From positions 595,289 through 659,288 of the forward strand of contig OY282446.1 in the NCBI GenBank assembly GCA_958295975.1: 64,000 bases of DNA, written 5' to 3'. The notes under the pieces were generated by a model, which saw only the letters and a list, made by a program, of their open reading frames with translations, was not told where the DNA came from and made no database searches. This document shows, one piece after another, positions 30,317 through 40,582 of this stretch (position 1 is the stretch's first letter; each line of letters begins with the position of its first letter). This stretch comes from Tepidiformaceae bacterium. GTDB lineage: Bacteria; Chloroflexota; Dehalococcoidia; Tepidiformales; Tepidiformaceae. The position numbers and the translations under genes are program-made.

Positions 30317-31654
30317 GTGGACGAACGCGCGGCCATCGCCTACCTCGAATCGCTCCACGACATGGAGCGCGAGCCGGGGGCCTCCGCGAATCCGCCCATG
30401 AGCCTCGCCTCCATGCGCGCGCTGCTGCGGCGGCTGGGCGATCCCCAGCGCGGGCGGCGCACGGCGCACGTGACGGGCACGAACGGCAAGGGCAGCGTGG
30501 CCGCCATGATCGAGGGGGCGCTGCGCGCGGGCGGCGCGCGCACGGCGCTCTTCACCAGCCCCCACCTGCACGCCTGGACGGAGCGCATCCGCTTCGGCGG
30601 CGAGCCCGTGGCCATGTCCGAACTGGCGGCGGGCGTGCGCGCCATCCGCCCCGCGCTGGAGGCGGAGCGGGCGGCCTCCGGCGGGGCGGTGAGCACCTTC
30701 GGGGCGCTCACCGCCGCCTTCTTCCGGCTGGCGCGGGAACGGGACGCGGACTGGCAGGTGACGGAGGTGGGGCTGGGCGGATCCTTCGACGCCACCAACG
30801 TGCACGAGGACGGGGCCGAACTGGCCGTCATCACGCCCGTCGCGCTCGACCACACGGCGGTGCTGGGGGGCACGGTGGAGGCCATCGCGCGGGACAAGGC
30901 GGGCATCGTGGGGCCGCGCTCGATCTGCGTGCTCGCGCCCCAGCCCCATCCCGCCGCCGACGGGATCGTGCGCGCGCGCTGCCGCGAGACCGGGGCCGCG
31001 CTCGCGTCCGTGGCGGACGAGTGGGAGGTCGAGCCGCTGGCGGGCGACGGCGACGGGCAGTCCTTCCGGCTGCGCGGGCCGGACGGGACGCTTGACCTGC
31101 GGACGCCGCTGGCGGGGGCGCACCAGCTGGCGAACGCGGCCACGGCGGCGGCGGCCATCCACGCCCTGCACGCGCGCGGCGCGGCCATCCCCGACGAGGC
31201 GCTCGCGCGGGGCATCGCCGGGGCGCGCGTGGCGGGGCGGCTGGAAACGCTGGCGCGCGCGCCCCTGCTGCTGGCCGACGGCGCCCACAACCCGGCGGCG
31301 GCGGCGGCGCTCGCGCGGGCGCTGCGCGACTGCTACGCATGGCGGCGCTGCTTCCTCGTGCTCGGCGTCATGGCCGACAAGGACGCGCGCGGCATGGGGG
31401 CGGCGCTCGCGGGGCTGGCGGACGCCATCTGGTGCTGCGCGTCCGATTCGCCGCGCGCCCGCGATCCCGCCTCCCTGGCGGCGGCGCTGCGGCCCTTCGG
31501 CGCGCCCGCGACGGAGGCGGCCAGCGTGGCCGAGGGCATCGCGCGGGCGCGCGAGCGCGCGGGCCCCGACGACCTCATCTGCGTGGCCGGGTCGCTGCGC
31601 GCCGTGGCGGAGGCGCGCGCGGCGGTCCTCGGCGCGGACGCCGCCGCCCCCTGA
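30317..31654 (+). CDS. folC: bifunctional folylpolyglutamate synthase / dihydrofolate synthase
   Basis: HVTGTNGKGSVAAMIE P-loop and a Mur-ligase-like layout. GTG start at 30317. Confidence 0.9.
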   Translation: MDERAAIAYLESLHDMEREPGASANPPMSLASMRALLRRLGDPQRGRRTAHVTGTNGKGSVAAMIEGALRAGGARTALFTSPHLHAWTERIRFGGEPVAMSELAAGVRAIRPALEAERAASGGAVSTFGALTAAFFRLARERDADWQVTEVGLGGSFDATNVHEDGAELAVITPVALDHTAVLGGTVEAIARDKAGIVGPRSICVLAPQPHPAADGIVRARCRETGAALASVADEWEVEPLAGDGDGQSFRLRGPDGTLDLRTPLAGAHQLANAATAAAAIHALHARGAAIPDEALARGIAGARVAGRLETLARAPLLLADGAHNPAAAAALARALRDCYAWRRCFLVLGVMADKDARGMGAALAGLADAIWCCASDSPRARDPASLAAALRPFGAPATEAASVAEGIARARERAGPDDLICVAGSLRAVAEARAAVLGADAAAP

Positions 31655-31679
31655 GCGGCGCGGGGGACTGGACCGGAAG

Positions 31680-32522
31680 ATGGCGCGCGCCACAGGCTGG
31701 GGGAACATGTCGTTCGCGGAAGCGCTGGCGCGTGGCGCGTTTCCGGTCACGCTCGAAATCACGCCGCCGCGCCGGTCCACCCCGGCGGTGCTGCTGCGGC
31801 GCGCGCGGCTGCTCGGGGGACGCGCGCTGGCCGTGAACGTGATCCAGCGGCCCGAACGCCAGCCCAGCCTGGAGGCGGCGCTGGCGCTGCGGCGCGCGGG
31901 CGTCGAGCCGGTCTGGCACCTGGCCACGGGCGGACGCCCGCGCGCGGCCATCGCCGCCGACGCGGAACGGGCGCGCGCGGGCGGCGTCGGCCACGCGCTC
32001 TGCCTGCGGGGCGACCACCGCGCGGCGGGCGGCCCCTCCGTGCGCGAGGCCATCGCCCTCCTGCGCGAGCGCGCGCCGGAGCTGGCGGTCGGGGCGGCGC
32101 TCGACCAGTACCGCGCGGGCGAGGACGCACGGCGGGCGCTGGCGGGCAAGCTGCGCGCGGGCGCGACCTGCCTCTGGACGCAGCCCGCCTTCGAGCTCGC
32201 GCCCCTGCTGCGGGCGGCGGAGACGGCGAAGACGCTGCAGCCGGAGGCGCGCGTCATGGCCATGGCCATCCCCATGCTCACGCCGCAAGCGCTCGACGCC
32301 ATCGGCGAGCGGCTGCGCATCCCCGCGCCGGAGGGGCTGCGGCGGCGCATCGCCGCGGGCGAGGCCGAGGCCTGGCGCGCCTTCGACGAAACGCTGGCCG
32401 CGCTGGCGGCGGCGGACGCCATCGACGGCGTGGCCATCATGACCTGGCGCGCCGACCCGCCCGCGGGCACGGGCGAGCGCATCGTCGAGGGGCTGCGGCG
32501 CGCGGGCCTGACGATGGAGTAG
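31680..32522 (+). CDS. methylenetetrahydrofolate reductase-like protein
   Basis: FPVTLEITPPRR...AVNVIQRPERQ...LRGDHR...TQPAFE resembles MetF/MTHFR family blocks. It sits directly downstream of folC. The start is 31680 or 31707. Confidence 0.65.
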   Translation: MARATGWGNMSFAEALARGAFPVTLEITPPRRSTPAVLLRRARLLGGRALAVNVIQRPERQPSLEAALALRRAGVEPVWHLATGGRPRAAIAADAERARAGGVGHALCLRGDHRAAGGPSVREAIALLRERAPELAVGAALDQYRAGEDARRALAGKLRAGATCLWTQPAFELAPLLRAAETAKTLQPEARVMAMAIPMLTPQALDAIGERLRIPAPEGLRRRIAAGEAEAWRAFDETLAALAAADAIDGVAIMTWRADPPAGTGERIVEGLRRAGLTME

Positions 32523-32531
32523 GCTGCGCGT

Positions 32532-33482
32532 ATGGAGACGCGCCCCTTCGGACCGCTCGGCATGGTGAGCGCCCTCACGCTCGGCGGCGGGGGCACGGGC
32601 GGCGTGTGGGGCGCGACCACGCGCGACGAGGCGGTGGCCACCGTGCGCGCGGCGGTCGATGGCGGCATCGACTTCCTCGACGTGGCCCCCGGCTACGGGG
32701 ACGGCGAGGCCGAGCGCGTGGTCGGCGAGGCCTTCGGCGGACGGCTGCCGGACGGCGTGCGCATCTCCACCAAGCACCACCTCGGCAACCCGCCCGCGGG
32801 CGAGGTGGCGGGGGCGCTGCGGGCGGCGCTGGCGGCCAGCCTCGAACGGCTGCGGCTGGAGCGCGTGGACCTCTTCTTCCTGCACGGCATGGTCGTGCCC
32901 GACGGCTTCGCGGGGCGGGGCACGCCGCGCTCCCTCTTCGCGGAAACGGCGCGGCCCGCCTTCGAGGCCCTGGCCGCGGAGGGGCTGAGCGGCGCGTGGG
33001 GCCTGAGCGGCGTGGGCGTGCCCACGGCCCTGCTGGAGACGCTGGCGGAGGACCCGCCGCCCGCCGCCATCCAGTGCGTGGCCAACCTGCTCGATTCGCC
33101 CGGCGGCATGAAGGCGTACGACGAGCCGCCGCGCCCGCGCGCGCTGATCGCGGCGGCGACGGCGCGCGGCGCGGGCGTCATGGGCATCCGCGCCGTGCAG
33201 GCGGGCGCGCTCACGGACGCCATCGACCGCGAGCTGCCGCCCGACCACGCGGAGCTGGCCGATTTCCGGCGGGCGGCCCCCTTCCGGGCGCTGGCGCGCG
33301 AGCTGGGCGAATCGCCCGCCTCCCTCGCGCACCGCTACGCGCTGGGCATGGAGGGCGTCTCGACCGTGGTCCTCGGCGTGAAGAACCGCGCGGAGCTGGC
33401 GGAGTGTCTGGCGGCGGAGGCCAGGGGACCGCTCGGCGCGGAGTTGACGGCGCGCATCGACGCCGCCGTGGCGGGCCGCTAG
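32532..33482 (+). CDS. aldo/keto reductase
   Basis: LTLGGGGTGGVWGATTRDEAVATVRAAVDGGIDFLDVAPGYGDGEAERVVGEA is a typical AKR N-terminus. Confidence 0.85.
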   Translation: METRPFGPLGMVSALTLGGGGTGGVWGATTRDEAVATVRAAVDGGIDFLDVAPGYGDGEAERVVGEAFGGRLPDGVRISTKHHLGNPPAGEVAGALRAALAASLERLRLERVDLFFLHGMVVPDGFAGRGTPRSLFAETARPAFEALAAEGLSGAWGLSGVGVPTALLETLAEDPPPAAIQCVANLLDSPGGMKAYDEPPRPRALIAAATARGAGVMGIRAVQAGALTDAIDRELPPDHAELADFRRAAPFRALARELGESPASLAHRYALGMEGVSTVVLGVKNRAELAECLAAEARGPLGAELTARIDAAVAGR

Positions 33483-34681
33483 CGCACGCGCAGGGCGGCG
33501 GGCGCGTGCTCGCCGAGACGCGCGTCGAGCGCCTCGTGCCAGCGCCGCACGGCCTCGCTCCCGCTCTCCAGCGCGCCGCCCCGTTCCGCCAGCTCCGCCA
33601 CGGCCTCCGCGTCGCCCGCGAGCGCCTCCGCGATGCCGTCGAGCAGGCCCTGCGTCCATTCGAGCCGCGTCCGCCAGGCGGGCTGCACGGCGGGCGAATC
33701 GCCCTCGCCCCAGTCGGGGGCGTACCAGACGGCGTCGAGCAACGCCGAGGCCTCGCCCTCGGGCCAGACGGCGAGGCCGAGGACGCCGTCCGGCGCGAGC
33801 GCGACCAGCAGGTTGGGGAAGAGGACGTAGGCCGCGGCGGCGGAGTGGAGCATCGCGCCCGGGCCGGGGCTGGCGGACGGAGCCCCGTCCGCGGGGTCGA
33901 TCCAGTCGAGGGGACTGGCGAGGCCGAGGGCGCTGGCGCTCTCCGGCGTGAAGGGGGCGACGACGCGCAGGTGGCCGTTCGCCAGCGTCTCCGCGTCGGC
34001 GGCGTCGCCGTCCGCGATCAGCGGCCCCGCGCCCGCGCGCGGGGGCGCGGGGGGCGCGGCCAGCAGGCGCCCCATGACGCGCTTCCAGTTGGCCGCGACG
34101 GTGACGGAGCGCCGGTCGAGCGTGCGCAGCCCCTCGCCGGCGGCGGCGCGCAGCTCCTCCCCGGCGGGGCCGAGCCAGTCGCGCAGGTCGGGGGCGGCGG
34201 CTTCCTCGTTCACGAAGATGGCGCCGTCCGCGAGGGCGCAGGCCACGGGCACGAGGCCGCGCTCCTCGCGGCGCAGGTCCACGAAATCGCGTTCGTCGGG
34301 AACGGACACGAGCTTGCCGGAGGTGTCGTAGGTCCAGCTGTGGTACTGGCAGCGGAGGGCGCGGTTGCGGCCGCGGGGGACGCGCACGACGGGCGCGCCG
34401 CGGTGGCGGCAGCTGTTGTAGAAGCAGCGCACGACGCCATCGACGGCGTGCACGACGATGAGGGGCACGCGCGTCTTCTCCCAGGTCATGTAGAGGCCGG
34501 GGCTGGCCACCTCGTCGAGACGCCCCGCGAGGAGCCAGCTGCGGGCGAAGAGGCGGGCGCGCTCGGCTTCGTGGAAGGACGGGTCGGCGTAGCGGCCCGC
34601 GGGCAGCCGCGCGGACTCGCGCGAGGGGGGCGCTCCGGCGCGCGCGCGCAGCCGTTCGCGGATGTCCCCGGCAAGCGTCAC
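33479..34681 (-). CDS. Rieske [2Fe-2S] oxygenase alpha subunit
   Basis: CRHRGAPV...CQYHSWTY. GGGAGGG RBS lies upstream of GTG 34679-34681. Confidence 0.85.
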   Translation of the reverse strand: MTLAGDIRERLRARAGAPPSRESARLPAGRYADPSFHEAERARLFARSWLLAGRLDEVASPGLYMTWEKTRVPLIVVHAVDGVVRCFYNSCRHRGAPVVRVPRGRNRALRCQYHSWTYDTSGKLVSVPDERDFVDLRREERGLVPVACALADGAIFVNEEAAAPDLRDWLGPAGEELRAAAGEGLRTLDRRSVTVAANWKRVMGRLLAAPPAPPRAGAGPLIADGDAADAETLANGHLRVVAPFTPESASALGLASPLDWIDPADGAPSASPGPGAMLHSAAAAYVLFPNLLVALAPDGVLGLAVWPEGEASALLDAVWYAPDWGEGDSPAVQPAWRTRLEWTQGLLDGIAEALAGDAEAVAELAERGGALESGSEAVRRWHEALDARLGEHAPAALRVR

Positions 34682-34735
34682 GCCCGTGCCCTCCCGCGCG
34701 GCGAGTGGGCGCGATTCTACGCGAAGGCGCGGCCG

Positions 34736-35833
34736 ATGGGCGCGGAGGGGCGGGGTTCGCTACGCTACGGGGCGGTGAACCGCTCAAGCGCCGCCCCCTC
34801 CCGACCCCCCTCGCCGATCGCGCGCCTGACGCGGCTGGAGATCGACCGCGAGCGGCGCTCGGTGCGCTTCGCGCGGCGCTCGGTGACGGTGCCCGTCTAC
34901 CTGGCGTCGTTCCTCATCAACACCGTGGGGGCGCCGCTCTTCCTCGCGGTGGCGCTGCTGGCGGACCTGGCGCGGGGTCGGGGCACGGTGCTCGTGCGCT
35001 GCGTGCTGGGGCTGTGGGCCTATCTGGCGGTGGAGGCGTTCGGGCTGCTGCTGTTCCTGCCCCTGTGGCTGGCGGGGCGGGGGAACCGGGAGCGTCGGCT
35101 CGCCCTGCACCACTGGTTCGCGCGGGTGTGGGCGCGCAGCATTTTCTGGAGCCTCGTGCGCCTGTTCGAGGTGCGCGTGGCCGTGGAGGGCGCCGCCGAG
35201 GCCGCGCGCGGGCCGGTGATCGTGTTCTGCCGCCACGTCTCGCCCGTGGACAACCTGCTGGCGGCGGTCTTCCTCGAGGGACGGCACGGGCTGCGCCTGC
35301 GCTGGGTGATGAACGCGTGGCTGGCGCGCGACCCCTGCATCGACTTCGTGGGGCACCGCGTGACGAGCACGTTCCTGACGGTGGGCTCGCGGGAGGGGCC
35401 GCGCCAGATCGCCAAGGTGGCGGCGCTGGGCGAGAACCTGGGGCCGCGCGACGGCGTGCTCGTCTTCCCCGAGGGCGGGCTCTTCACGCCGCGGCGGCTG
35501 GCGCGGGCGGTGGCGCGTCTGCGCCGCGGGGGCGGCGGCGAGGAGGCGGAGCGCGCCGCCGCCTTCCGCAACGTGCTCCCGCCCCAGCTGGGCGGGGCGC
35601 TGGCCCTGCTCGAACGCGCGGAGGGCGCGGACGTGGTGTTCTGCGCGCACACGGGGCTGGAGGACGGCAGCTACCGCGCCGTGCTCGCGGGCGGGCTCCT
35701 GCGCCGCCAGCTGCGCGTGGCCTTCTGGCGCGTGCCGCGCGCGGACATCCCCGCCGACGTGAAGGCCCGCGGCGACTGGCTGCACGAGCAGTGGCGGCGC
35801 GTGGACGACTGGATCGAGCGGAACGCGCCCTGA
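34736..35833 (+). CDS. lysophospholipid (PlsC-type) acyltransferase-like membrane protein
   Basis: HVSPVD (HX4D) and VFPEGG blocks follow two N-terminal TM segments. The start at ATG 34736 is tentative. Confidence 0.65.
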   Translation: MGAEGRGSLRYGAVNRSSAAPSRPPSPIARLTRLEIDRERRSVRFARRSVTVPVYLASFLINTVGAPLFLAVALLADLARGRGTVLVRCVLGLWAYLAVEAFGLLLFLPLWLAGRGNRERRLALHHWFARVWARSIFWSLVRLFEVRVAVEGAAEAARGPVIVFCRHVSPVDNLLAAVFLEGRHGLRLRWVMNAWLARDPCIDFVGHRVTSTFLTVGSREGPRQIAKVAALGENLGPRDGVLVFPEGGLFTPRRLARAVARLRRGGGGEEAERAAAFRNVLPPQLGGALALLERAEGADVVFCAHTGLEDGSYRAVLAGGLLRRQLRVAFWRVPRADIPADVKARGDWLHEQWRRVDDWIERNAP

Positions 35834-35839
35834 CTCTGA

Positions 35840-38071
35840 CTACTTGGCGGTCTCGGAGCCGGGATCGAGGTCGCCCTCGATGCGGAGTTCGGGGAGCCAT
35901 TCGAGCCAGCGCGGCAGGTACCAGTTGGCCGAGCCCAGCACGGCCATGCTGGCGGGCACGATCACCGAGCGGATGATGGTGGCGTCGAGGATGACGGCCA
36001 CGCCCAGCCCGAAGCCCGCCTGCTGCAGGGGCACGAGGTCGCCGATGGCCGTGCCCCCGAAGACCGCCACCATGATCAGGGCCGCGCCCGTGATGATGGC
36101 CCCCGTGGAGCGCACGCCGAACATCACCGATTCGCGGTTGCCGCCCGTGATGCCGTAGCGCTCGCGGATGCGGCTGAGCAGGAACACGTGGTAGTCCATG
36201 GAGAGCCCGAACATGACGGCGAAGAGGAAGAGCGGCAGCCACGCCTCGATCGTCTCCGAGCGCCGGAAGCCCAGCAGCTCGTTGCCGATGCCGTGCTGGA
36301 AGACGAGCACGACGATGCCGTAGGCCGCTCCCACCGAGAGCAGGTTCATGGCGATGGCCTTGAGGGGCACGACGATGGAGCGGAACACGAGCAGCAGCAG
36401 CACGAAGCTGAGGCCCAGCACGGACGAGAACACGATGGGCGTGTAGAGCGCGATCACGTCGAAGAAGTCCACGTCCCCGGCGGTGGGGCCGGCCACGAGC
36501 ACGGTGGCGTCGGCGCCGGCGAAGGCCGCGGGGATGTAGTCGTTCCGCAGGCGGCGCACGGCGTCGTGGGCCCCGGCGCTGCGCGGATCGACCGTGAGCA
36601 GGGCGGAGACGAGGGCGAGGTCGCTGGCCTCGTTCACCGCCACGCCCGCGGGGGCGAGGACGGCGTCGGCGGCGAGGCTGGCGGTGAGCGCCGCGATGGA
36701 GGCGGTCACGTCAGGGCTGGTCGCGTCGGGCGCGTCGACGACGATCTCGACGGGAGAGACAAGCCCCGCGCTGAATTCCTCCTGCAGCAGCTCGAAGGCG
36801 AGGCGGCGGTCGTTGTCCTCCGGCAGGGTGGAGACGCCCGCCACGCCGGAGCGCAGCGTGAAGGCGGGCACGGTGGCGGCGAGCAGCAGCCCCGAGGCCA
36901 CGGCCAGGCTGATGAGGGGGCGGCGCATGACGGCGCGCACGATGAGCGACCAGAGGCCGCCGCCGCCGTTGCGGTCGTGGAGCTTCATGCGCGGGATGAA
37001 GGGGATGCGCAGGGCGTCCACGCGGTCGCCCAGCACGCTGAGCATGGCGGGCAGCAGGGTGAGGGACGCCAGCACCGCCGCCAGGGCCACCATGATCGCG
37101 CCCAGGCCGAGGCTGCGGTACATGCTGCTGGGGATGAGCAGCAGCCCCAGCAGGCCGATGACGACGGCCCCGCCGGAGAAGAGCACGGCGCGGTTGGCGG
37201 TCGCGCCCGCGCGCGTGATGGCGTCGGCGATGATGAAGCCGCGCAGGCGCTCCTCGCGGAAGCGCTGCACGATGAAGAGCGAGTAGTCGATGCCCACGGC
37301 CAGGCCGATGGCGGTGATCATGTTGACCACGAAGAAGGAGAGCTCGAAGCCCTGGCCGATGAGGAAGGCCCCGCCGAGGGCCGTGACGATGGCGATGAGG
37401 GCCACCACCACGGGGATGCCCGCCGCCGCCGCCGCGCCGAAGACGGCCAGCAGGATGAGCATGGCGATGGGCAGGCCGATGCCCTCCCCGCGGCGCAGGT
37501 CGCGCTCCGAAATCTCCGTGACGGTGAGGCCGATGCTGCCCTGGCCGGTAATCAGCGCCTCGAAGCCCGGCGGCGTGTCGAAGCCCTCCACGAGCGCCAC
37601 CAGCGGGCCCGCCGTCTCGCGCGCGTCGTCCACGCTCCCCGCCAGCGTGACGGGGATGAGGGCGGTGCGACGGTCGGTGGAGACGAGCATCTCGTTCGCC
37701 GTCTCGTGGTAGCTGACGGCGGCGACCACCGTGCCATCCAGGGCGCGCACCTCGGCCAGCAGGCGGCCCGCGAGCGCCGCGAAGGCGGGATCGTCCACGG
37801 CGCCCTCGTCGGCGCGCAGGAGGATGAACTCGCGCGGCAGTTCGGGGCCGCGGAGGCGCTCCTCGATGAGCGTGCGCGCGCGCTCCGATTCGGTGTTCGG
37901 GTCGAGCCGATCGTTGGTGGTGAGCACGTCGCGGATGTCGAAGGCGAGCACGGCGGCGGCGCCCACCAGCACCGCCCAGGCCGCGATGATGTACCAGCGA
38001 TGGCGGGCGCTGAACCGCGCGACGCGCGCCGTGAAGGAGCGCTGGGCCGACCCCGAACTCCGACGCGCCAT
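35840..38071 (-). CDS. MMPL family (RND superfamily) transporter
   Basis: 743 aa with two 6-TM bundles and repeated SMDYHVFLLSRIRE / GIDYSLFIVQRFRE motifs. Confidence 0.9.
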   Translation of the reverse strand: MARRSSGSAQRSFTARVARFSARHRWYIIAAWAVLVGAAAVLAFDIRDVLTTNDRLDPNTESERARTLIEERLRGPELPREFILLRADEGAVDDPAFAALAGRLLAEVRALDGTVVAAVSYHETANEMLVSTDRRTALIPVTLAGSVDDARETAGPLVALVEGFDTPPGFEALITGQGSIGLTVTEISERDLRRGEGIGLPIAMLILLAVFGAAAAAGIPVVVALIAIVTALGGAFLIGQGFELSFFVVNMITAIGLAVGIDYSLFIVQRFREERLRGFIIADAITRAGATANRAVLFSGGAVVIGLLGLLLIPSSMYRSLGLGAIMVALAAVLASLTLLPAMLSVLGDRVDALRIPFIPRMKLHDRNGGGGLWSLIVRAVMRRPLISLAVASGLLLAATVPAFTLRSGVAGVSTLPEDNDRRLAFELLQEEFSAGLVSPVEIVVDAPDATSPDVTASIAALTASLAADAVLAPAGVAVNEASDLALVSALLTVDPRSAGAHDAVRRLRNDYIPAAFAGADATVLVAGPTAGDVDFFDVIALYTPIVFSSVLGLSFVLLLLVFRSIVVPLKAIAMNLLSVGAAYGIVVLVFQHGIGNELLGFRRSETIEAWLPLFLFAVMFGLSMDYHVFLLSRIRERYGITGGNRESVMFGVRSTGAIITGAALIMVAVFGGTAIGDLVPLQQAGFGLGVAVILDATIIRSVIVPASMAVLGSANWYLPRWLEWLPELRIEGDLDPGSETAK

Positions 38072-38181
38072 GGCGTTCCCCCCACCGTGCCCTTCAGGCT
38101 AGCACAGCCCCGCGCCGAACGGACCCCGAAAACGGGGCGCATTCGCGAAGAATTACGCGGCGTTTCCCCGGGTTCAGCCGC

Positions 38182-39267
38182 TCAGAAGACGACGACGCCG
38201 CGGGCGTTCCTGCCAGCGGTCATGTCCGCGAAGGCGCGGGCCGTCTCCTCGATGGGGTAGGTGGTGGTGACGAGGGCGTCGAGTTCGAGCTTGCCCGCGC
38301 GGTACCAGTCGAGCATGCGGGGGAAGTCGCGCACGCTCGCCCCGCCGCCGCAGAAGGACCCCTTGAGCGTCTTCTCGGTGACGGCGACGAGGCCCGCGGA
38401 GAGGGAGAAGGCGTCGTCGAAGCGGCCCACGCCGACGATGGTGGCGGTGCCGCCGCGGCGCGCGGCCATCCACGCCTGCTCCATGGTCGCGCCCACGCCG
38501 ATGGCCTCGAAGGTGTAGTCCGCGCCGCGGCCCCCGGTGAGCGCCATCACGCGCTCGACGGCGTTCTCGCCGGAGGCGTCGACCACGTGCGTGGCGCCGA
38601 CGCGGCGGGCGAGGTCGAGCTTGTCGGGGTTCATGTCGATGGCCACGATGGCGGACGCGCCCGCGATGCGGCAGCCCTGGATCACGCTGAGGCCGACGCC
38701 GCCCGCGCCCCACACGGCGCAGCTGGTCCCCGGGCGCACGCCCGCTGTGTTGATGGCCGCGCCCACGCCCGTGATCACGCCGCAGCCCAGCAGGGAGGCG
38801 CTCAGCAGGGGGATGTCGTCGGCGATCTTGATGGCCGTGTTCTCGGCCACCACGGTGTACTCGCAGAGCCCGCCGACGGAGGCGAAGGGCGTCAGGTCGT
38901 CGCCGTCCAGATGGAAGGGCGTGGACGTGTTGTTCGTGAGGGGCATGCGCTCGCACTGGGCGTACTGGCCCTCGACGCACTGCAGGCAGCGCCCGCAGAA
39001 GGCGGTGGTGGTCATGATCACGTGGTCGCCCGGGGCGAGCGCGGTCACGCCCGCGCCCACGGACTCGACCACGCCCGCGCCCTCGTGGCCGAGCACGAGG
39101 GGGTTCATGGCGGGCAGCACGCCCTCCAGCACGGACTGGTCCGTGTGGCAGAGGCCGCAGGCGCTGAGTTTGACGCGCACCTGCCCGGGGCCGGGATCGT
39201 CGACCGTCACGGTCCGCACTTCGAGGGGCGTACCGCTGGCGCGCAGCACGGCGGCTTTGGCTTGCAT
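38182..39267 (-). CDS. zinc-dependent alcohol dehydrogenase (class III/Adh-like)
   Basis: CGLCHTDQSVLEG...LGHEGAGVVESVG. I chose ATG 39265-39267 because GGAGG lies 5 nt upstream. Confidence 0.9.
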   Translation of the reverse strand: MQAKAAVLRASGTPLEVRTVTVDDPGPGQVRVKLSACGLCHTDQSVLEGVLPAMNPLVLGHEGAGVVESVGAGVTALAPGDHVIMTTTAFCGRCLQCVEGQYAQCERMPLTNNTSTPFHLDGDDLTPFASVGGLCEYTVVAENTAIKIADDIPLLSASLLGCGVITGVGAAINTAGVRPGTSCAVWGAGGVGLSVIQGCRIAGASAIVAIDMNPDKLDLARRVGATHVVDASGENAVERVMALTGGRGADYTFEAIGVGATMEQAWMAARRGGTATIVGVGRFDDAFSLSAGLVAVTEKTLKGSFCGGGASVRDFPRMLDWYRAGKLELDALVTTTYPIEETARAFADMTAGRNARGVVVF

Positions 39268-39337
39268 GGTCACCTCCGGCGCGCCACGAGCGGTCGCGCG
39301 CGCCGATTGTACCGCGCGTTGGTACTATAGCGCCAAG

Positions 39338-40468
39338 TCAGTCTGAGAATAAATTAAATTCCTCTGGGTCGGAGTTGTCGACAAAATCCGGGTCGCGCCT
39401 ATACAAGAGATTCGAAAGAACCTCCTCGGGTATTGATTCGCCAGAACGAGTTCGCACCACCATAGGGTCGGGCTGGGTAGTCACAACAAATTGGTCAATT
39501 ATCCTCCGTTGCTTTTTTTCGCCAAAAGATCGCCACGCAGCAGGAGATATCATAATACCTTCAGTTTCATCTAGAATTGTCTTGGACAACAGGGCGGATG
39601 CAAGATTCGTATCTTCTTCCCAGAATGCGGGAATATAGACATGGACTAGGGAATCCCATCCTTTAGGGAAAGAAAGAATTGCAACATTTCTGTCAGGTTC
39701 TGGATAGACTGTCACGAACATTAGTATCTCGGAAGGAGATCGAATAATCCCTCTTTCTGCAATTTTCCTCTCTTCTCGTGGCGTACCCATATTCCTTCCT
39801 TCGCGGTAAGTAACGACATTGGCTGCAATTTTTGGGACACTTTTGATAACAATAATTCGATGTTCCATACCAGAATTTCTTCCATTACGCACGTGAATCA
39901 ATGCATTTTCTACCTGAATTTTGAATCTTTCTGCCAGAGCTTTTCGCTCGGCACTAATAGAAATCCTCGAAGAAAATACAGTCGTTTGGAACTCTCGCCC
40001 GAGTTCTTTATAAAACCTAAGTATCACACACTTCTTGAAGTAGTCAAACAGAACAGTACGATAAGCAAGCAGAAGGCAATGTTCTTCATTGGCAGCATCG
40101 AGGTTTCCTTTTTCGATTTGGGAAAACGTGCTATCATCGTGACGCTTGCATGCCCATTTTCCCGTGATGATCGGATTGCTAATACTACGATACTGACGGA
40201 AAATTTTATCTCTTTCATTTTCCATAGCACTCGCCATGGAGAAGTCTTTAATCACGTCAATGGACAAGATTTGCAATTTCCTCCTCTTATCCGCGATCAA
40301 GATGAGCTTAGCCTTCTGGATCGAGTGCGCCTCAACGAGTTGCACACTGCATTCAGATTGTGGTCCAATGAGACAGCGAGCCTCAGCGTTCCTAGCCCGC
40401 AGATATGCGGATTCCGCGCGCCTGAAGTCCTCGCGGGTAGGGCCATGCGGCCCCAAGTCCTTTTCCAT
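39338..40468 (-). CDS. AT-rich orphan protein (376 aa), function unknown
   Basis: It is the only long ORF in a ~1.1-kb segment that hand-counts at ~42-50% G+C, against ~75% in the flanks. The composition is non-repetitive. The N-terminus has C-x8-C-x7-H (CLIGPQSECSVQLVEAHSIQK). I recognised no family. Confidence 0.65.
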   Translation of the reverse strand: MEKDLGPHGPTREDFRRAESAYLRARNAEARCLIGPQSECSVQLVEAHSIQKAKLILIADKRRKLQILSIDVIKDFSMASAMENERDKIFRQYRSISNPIITGKWACKRHDDSTFSQIEKGNLDAANEEHCLLLAYRTVLFDYFKKCVILRFYKELGREFQTTVFSSRISISAERKALAERFKIQVENALIHVRNGRNSGMEHRIIVIKSVPKIAANVVTYREGRNMGTPREERKIAERGIIRSPSEILMFVTVYPEPDRNVAILSFPKGWDSLVHVYIPAFWEEDTNLASALLSKTILDETEGIMISPAAWRSFGEKKQRRIIDQFVVTTQPDPMVVRTRSGESIPEEVLSNLLYRRDPDFVDNSDPEEFNLFSD

Positions 40469-40582
40469 AGGGGCTATCGTAGCACAGGATGGCTACGGGG
40501 CAAAGCGGTCCTCATCGCCGATACGCAAAATCGACGCCCTGCGCCCCGCCATCATCATCCGCTATCATCGCGCGCGACCGCC

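Noticed and set aside
39290-40581. A 13-nt inverted repeat flanking the AT-rich orphan gene: GCGGTCGCGCGCG at 39290-39302 and its reverse complement at 40569-40581.
   Set aside because: It is short, GC-rich and partly low-complexity (CGCGCG). It lies within normal promoter or 5' regions of adh and holA. A chance match is plausible in this composition, so I do not count it as evidence for terminal inverted repeats.
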